In this document: one piece after another, positions 59,948 through 64,000 of the stretch
Layout: every line of letters starts with the position of its first letter
How positions within the stretch are numbered: position 1 is the first letter of the stretch
Assembly: GCF_046119375.1 (NCBI RefSeq)
Contig: NW_027362763.1
Location: forward strand, 853,368,001-853,432,000
Direction of reading: 5' to 3'
From: Phyllobates terribilis
Taxonomy: Eukaryota
Length of the DNA: 64,000 bases
Translations under genes and position numbers: made by a program
The notes under the pieces: model-generated
What the model was told of the DNA's origin: nothing
Databases searched by the model: none
What the model saw: the letters and a program-made list of their open reading frames with translations, nothing else

Positions 59948-61939
59948 AAGGTCAAAGATTTCACTTACTACATTACATGAGCGATATCTACTGTAAATTT
60001 GAATAGCTAAAGAAAAATGTAATGTAAAATAGCTCAGAAACCGGCGGATCCTCACAGCGCACAGTGCAGACCGGACAGTATAGTCCTCCATACAGTATTA
60101 TGGGCACCATATAATGCCCCATACAGGATACTGACCCCCATATAATGCTCCATACAGGATACTGGTCCCCATATAACGCTCCATACAGGATACTGGTCCC
60201 CATATAACACTGCATACAGAATACTGGCCCCCATATAACGCTCCATACAGAATACTGTCCCCCATATAACGCTCCATAGAGAATACTGACCCATATAACG
60301 CTCCATACAGAATATTGGCCCCCATATAACGCTCCATGCAGGCTGTTCCCCCCTTATAATGCCCCATTACACGAGCGATATCTATTGTAAATTCTACAAT
60401 AGCTCAGAAACCGGCGAATCCTCACAGCGCACAGTGCAGACCGGACAGTATAGTCCTCCATACAGTATTATGGGCACCATATAATGCTCCATACAGGATA
60501 CTGACCCCCATATAATGCTCCATACAGGATACTGGTCCCCATATAACGCTCCATACAGGATACTGGTCACCATATAACACTGCATACAGAATACTGGCCC
60601 CCATAAATTGCTCCATACAGAATACTGACCCCATATTTCGCTCCATACAGAATACTGACCCCCATATAACGCTCCATACAGAATACTGACCCCCATATAA
60701 CGCTCCATACAGAATACTGACCCCCATATAACGCTCCATACAGAATACTGTCCCCCATATAACGCTCCATACAGAATACTGACCCCCATATAAAGCTCCA
60801 TACAGAATATTGGCCCCAATGTAATGCTCCATGCAGGCTGTTCCCCCCCTTATAATGCCCCATTAAGGATGACACCCCCCTTTTAATGCCCTATGCAGGT
60901 TGTCACCTCTACCCCCCATAAAATGCCCCATGCAGGATGTCACCTCTCCCCCCATATAATGCCCCTTGCAGGATGTCACTTCCCCCCTTTTCAATGCCCC
61001 ATGCAGTATGTCAGACCACCCTCTCCCTTATAATGCCCCATGCAGGAGGTCACACACCCCCCCTCTTTATAATGCCCCATGCAGTATGTCACACACCCAC
61101 CCTCCTTATAATGCCCCATGCAGGATGTCAATTCCCCCTCCCCCTCTTATAATGCCCCATGCAGGATGTCACACCCCCTCCCTTATAATGCCCCATGCAG
61201 GATGTCACATCCGCTCCCTTATAATGCCCCATGCAGGATGTCACTTCCCCCCTTCCCCTCTTATAATACCCCATGCAGGATGTCACTTCCCCCCTTCCCC
61301 TCTTATAATGCCCCATGCAGGATGTCACACCCCCCACCCCCATATAATGCCCCATGCAGGATGTCACCCCCCCCATACCATATAATGCCCCATGCCCCCA
61401 TACATGAAAAAAATAAAAAAATCCAATACTCACCTCACTTCTTACCTGCTGCTGGCTCTGGTCCGGACTCCAGCGTTGTGCGCGTCTTCCCGCTCTGCAC
61501 TGTGACAGGTCAGGAGAGAGCGCGCGCGGTGTAAAGATGTCACCGCGCCCTCTGACCTGAGACGTCACAGTCAGAGAACGTGGAAGACGCTGCGGAGGCA
61601 CGGGGAGGGGTAAGCATTGTGCCGGCGCTGTCACATGACCGGAGATGTCCCTGCACTCAGCATGGGGCCGGGGACCCATGCTGAGCGCAGGGACATCTCC
61701 TTTCATGTGACGGTGGGGGGTGATGTGACGGCGGGGGGTCCTGCGTGGAGGCCCCATGAGGAGACGCACAAGAGGGGGGCCCCAACGGGGCTCCAAGGGG
61801 GCCCCGACCGGCCGGGCCCCATGCTGGAGTCAGGGCAGTCATGCCCTGATGGCAGCCCTGCTGGAGGCTGGAGGGGCCCCCTCTCCCTCGGGGGCCCCCG
61901 TTCAATGAACCGGCTGCACGGGCGGTAGGTCCGCCCCTG
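59631..61939. mobile_element. 2.3-kb non-autonomous hAT element packed with minisatellites
   Basis: CAGGGGCGGAC ... GTCCGCCCCTG TIR; 8-bp TSD ctccttcc / ctcctttc (1 mismatch); splits an older repeat that ends aggggTTAA near 62319. Confidence 0.82.
60090..61400. repeat. two adjacent minisatellites: ~30 bp (ccccatataacgctccatacagaatactga) and ~35-40 bp (cccccttataatgccccatgcaggatgtcac)
   Basis: Arrays at about 60090-60830 and 60870-61400; block near 59975-60360 is duplicated from 60370. Confidence 0.9.
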
Positions 61940-61984
61940 CTCCTTTCCCTCCGAGCCCTGCCGTGTGCCCAAACAGTGGTTTTA

Positions 61985-62137
61985 TTTACTTAGCTGCTTT
62001 TTTCTTGCCATAATACAAATTCTAACAGTCTATTCATAGTTTTGATGCCTTCAGTGTGAATGTACAATTTTCATAGTCATGAAAATACAGAAAAATCTTT
62101 AAATGAGAAGGTGTGTCCAAACTTTTGGTCTGTACTG
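61985..62137 (-). mobile_element. 153-bp deleted left end of the DD38E Tc1 family
   Basis: Outer ~105 bp of the TIR ending ctgtactg|TA, fused via ATTCA microhomology to the start-codon region. Confidence 0.9.
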
Positions 62138-63397
62138 TATCTCTCTGATTTAAGGGCATAAAAATTCAAAGTTTGAAAATTGCAAATTTTTTGCCAAATT
62201 TCTGATTTTTTCCGTTGAAATTTTCCAGAGTTATTGCCTCATAAAGTGACAGTGGTCAGAACTGTAAAAATTGGCCTGGTCATTGACGTGCAAACCACCT
62301 TCAGGGGTAAAGGGGTTAAGGAATATCTGAAATGATTTCTATGTTTGTAAAATAAGTTGTGTAGGAATTTAAAAAAAATCTAAAGGCAGAGAATATGGTA
62401 GAATAAAAAATAAGTTGTACACAACTTATAAATTTCCCGCTGTTCCAGCACAATTGCTCTATTGATCCCGCTTGTCTTTCTGACTTATCCAGAAGTGATG
62501 ACAAGACAACTATATGCAAGTGACTGGTGCAACCAATTTATGATCTCAATTCACAGTCTGGGGAATGGGTTGTCACGTCGTCACCATTTTACCTCATACG
62601 CTTTTTGAAATTCCTTTATAACCCTTGTAGGAAAGCAGGAGGGTAAAGTCCTGGATGGACAGTATGTGTCACTCAGGTGCCTAGCCTTGGTGATGTGAAA
62701 TCCAGAAGAGCAGGCTCAAGCACACATAGGGCTGAGAGGTTTTTTATTAATGGGCCAGGATTTTGGGTCTGGGTTTTAGGAATGCCTGGAAGAGCTGTGT
62801 GGGACTGGTTGTTCCCATTTTCCAATCCAGGCTTCAGGTCATTTAAAAGGCAGCTGAGCTACCTCAGAAAGTTCTGGGAGTAGAGAAGGAAACACCTCTG
62901 TTATACTGGTTTGCTCTGCTAGAGGCTGACTAGGTCTATGAGTGAAGCTGGAAAGACCTATGATCCCTTGCAGATTTGTGTGTGGGAGGAGGGAAGGACC
63001 CTTGTGTTGCTTTAGTTTCAGTCCAGAGTCTAAAGGAGTGTGCACTAATCAGTTCGAGTGAGCCAGCAGGAACATATATAGACCTGCTGAACGAACAGTT
63101 TTGTTTTCTTTTATACCTTTTGTGCCCAGAAAAGGCTGTTTTGTTTGGAGTTTATCTAGAAGTTTATGGAAATAATAAACTTCATCTGTTTTGGACCCGA
63201 CTGCATTGCCTTTATGTATGCTAACGGCTACCAAAGAGCTTGAATCCCTTCACCCTTTTATACTCTATTTATACTTGTGCTATGACTTCTATTGCACTTT
63301 ATTTTATAACGGATCCAGTGTGACAGTCACAGAAACAGTCACCCCTAAGTCAGATGTGAATGTAGCCTAAGGGATGCATACATTTTCATTTTCTTAA

Positions 63398-63781
63398 AGC
63401 GGTTGTCCAGGTTTAGCATGAAAGTCTGTAGTTCACACTATGTGACTGCAGACATGTAAATCCTCACAGCGTGCATAGCGCATGCTATCAGGATTCTCCG
63501 GTGCTGGGTGGTCATGTGACTATAAGTATGCAATATGCATACTCCCGGCCACATTCCAAATGTACATGTGCAGTCAAGCTCAATTAAACTGAATTGAGAG
63601 AAGCCGGACACGTCTAGTTGGAATGTGGCTGGGAATATGCATATCGCCTACTTACAGTCACATTGCTGCCCACTGTCGCTGCTGCCAACGGAGAATCTTG
63701 ACAATGCGCACTGTGAGGATTCACAATTCTATAGTCACTTAGAGTGACTGGAGACCATTGTGCCAAACCAGGACAACGCCT
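63398..63781. mobile_element. T2/Kolobok-type MITE
   Basis: TTAA|agcggttgtcc ... ggacaacgcct|TTAA; long internal inverted arms. Confidence 0.75.
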
Positions 63782-63865
63782 TTAATATTTATATTGTGAC
63801 TTTACTATGAAACACATTGAAATTTTCAAGTTGTTTAACCACTTTGGTATAATTTCTTCATGCAG

Positions 63866-63954
63866 AAATCAATGAAACTGTCATTTGCACAAAGGACTTA
63901 ATAGAGGTGGAGATTCCAAGTACATTTTTCTTAACAAAGAGCCCTCCAATTTAT
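63866..63954 (+). CDS. candidate internal exon of a downstream gene, ZP-N-domain-like (INETVICTKDLIEVEIPSTFFLTKSPPIY)
   Basis: ataatttcttcatgcag acceptor, tat|gtaagt donor, 89 nt with an open frame; V-x-C-x4-I-E-V-x-I-P resembles the first ZP-N strands. Single exon only. Confidence 0.42.
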
Positions 63955-64000
63955 GTAAGTTCAATATCCATTAAAATAAAAAGTAATTAAAATGCTAAAA

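Overview
Vertebrate genomic DNA, most likely a frog (inferred from the T2/Kolobok MITEs, tRNA-headed SINE, CR1, hAT and Tc1 repertoire). The only confidently identified host gene is the 3' half of alpha-actinin-2 (ACTN2, + strand): nine GT-AG exons equivalent to human exons 13-21 (1779-39136), covering spectrin repeats 2-4 and the muscle-type EF-hand domain. Most of the rest is nested transposon DNA. Notable elements: (1) a young 5.1-kb LTR element (42648-47727, - strand) with two ~98% identical LTRs, 4-bp TSD, tRNA-Ser PBS and PPT, no recognisable gag or pol, and one interrupted ORF ending in a cold-shock domain; (2) a DD38E (Intruder-type) Tc1/mariner element whose transposase is open but whose start codon was flipped by a 28-bp micro-inversion, with the un-inverted state preserved in a fragment at 62 kb; (3) a 13.6-kb composite hAT element with a perfect 8-bp TSD filling ACTN2 intron 19, carrying a near-intact transposase, inverted partial copies of that transposase, and nested inserts. 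A possible downstream + strand gene (ZP-domain-like exon) starts near the window end. All coordinates were read by hand.
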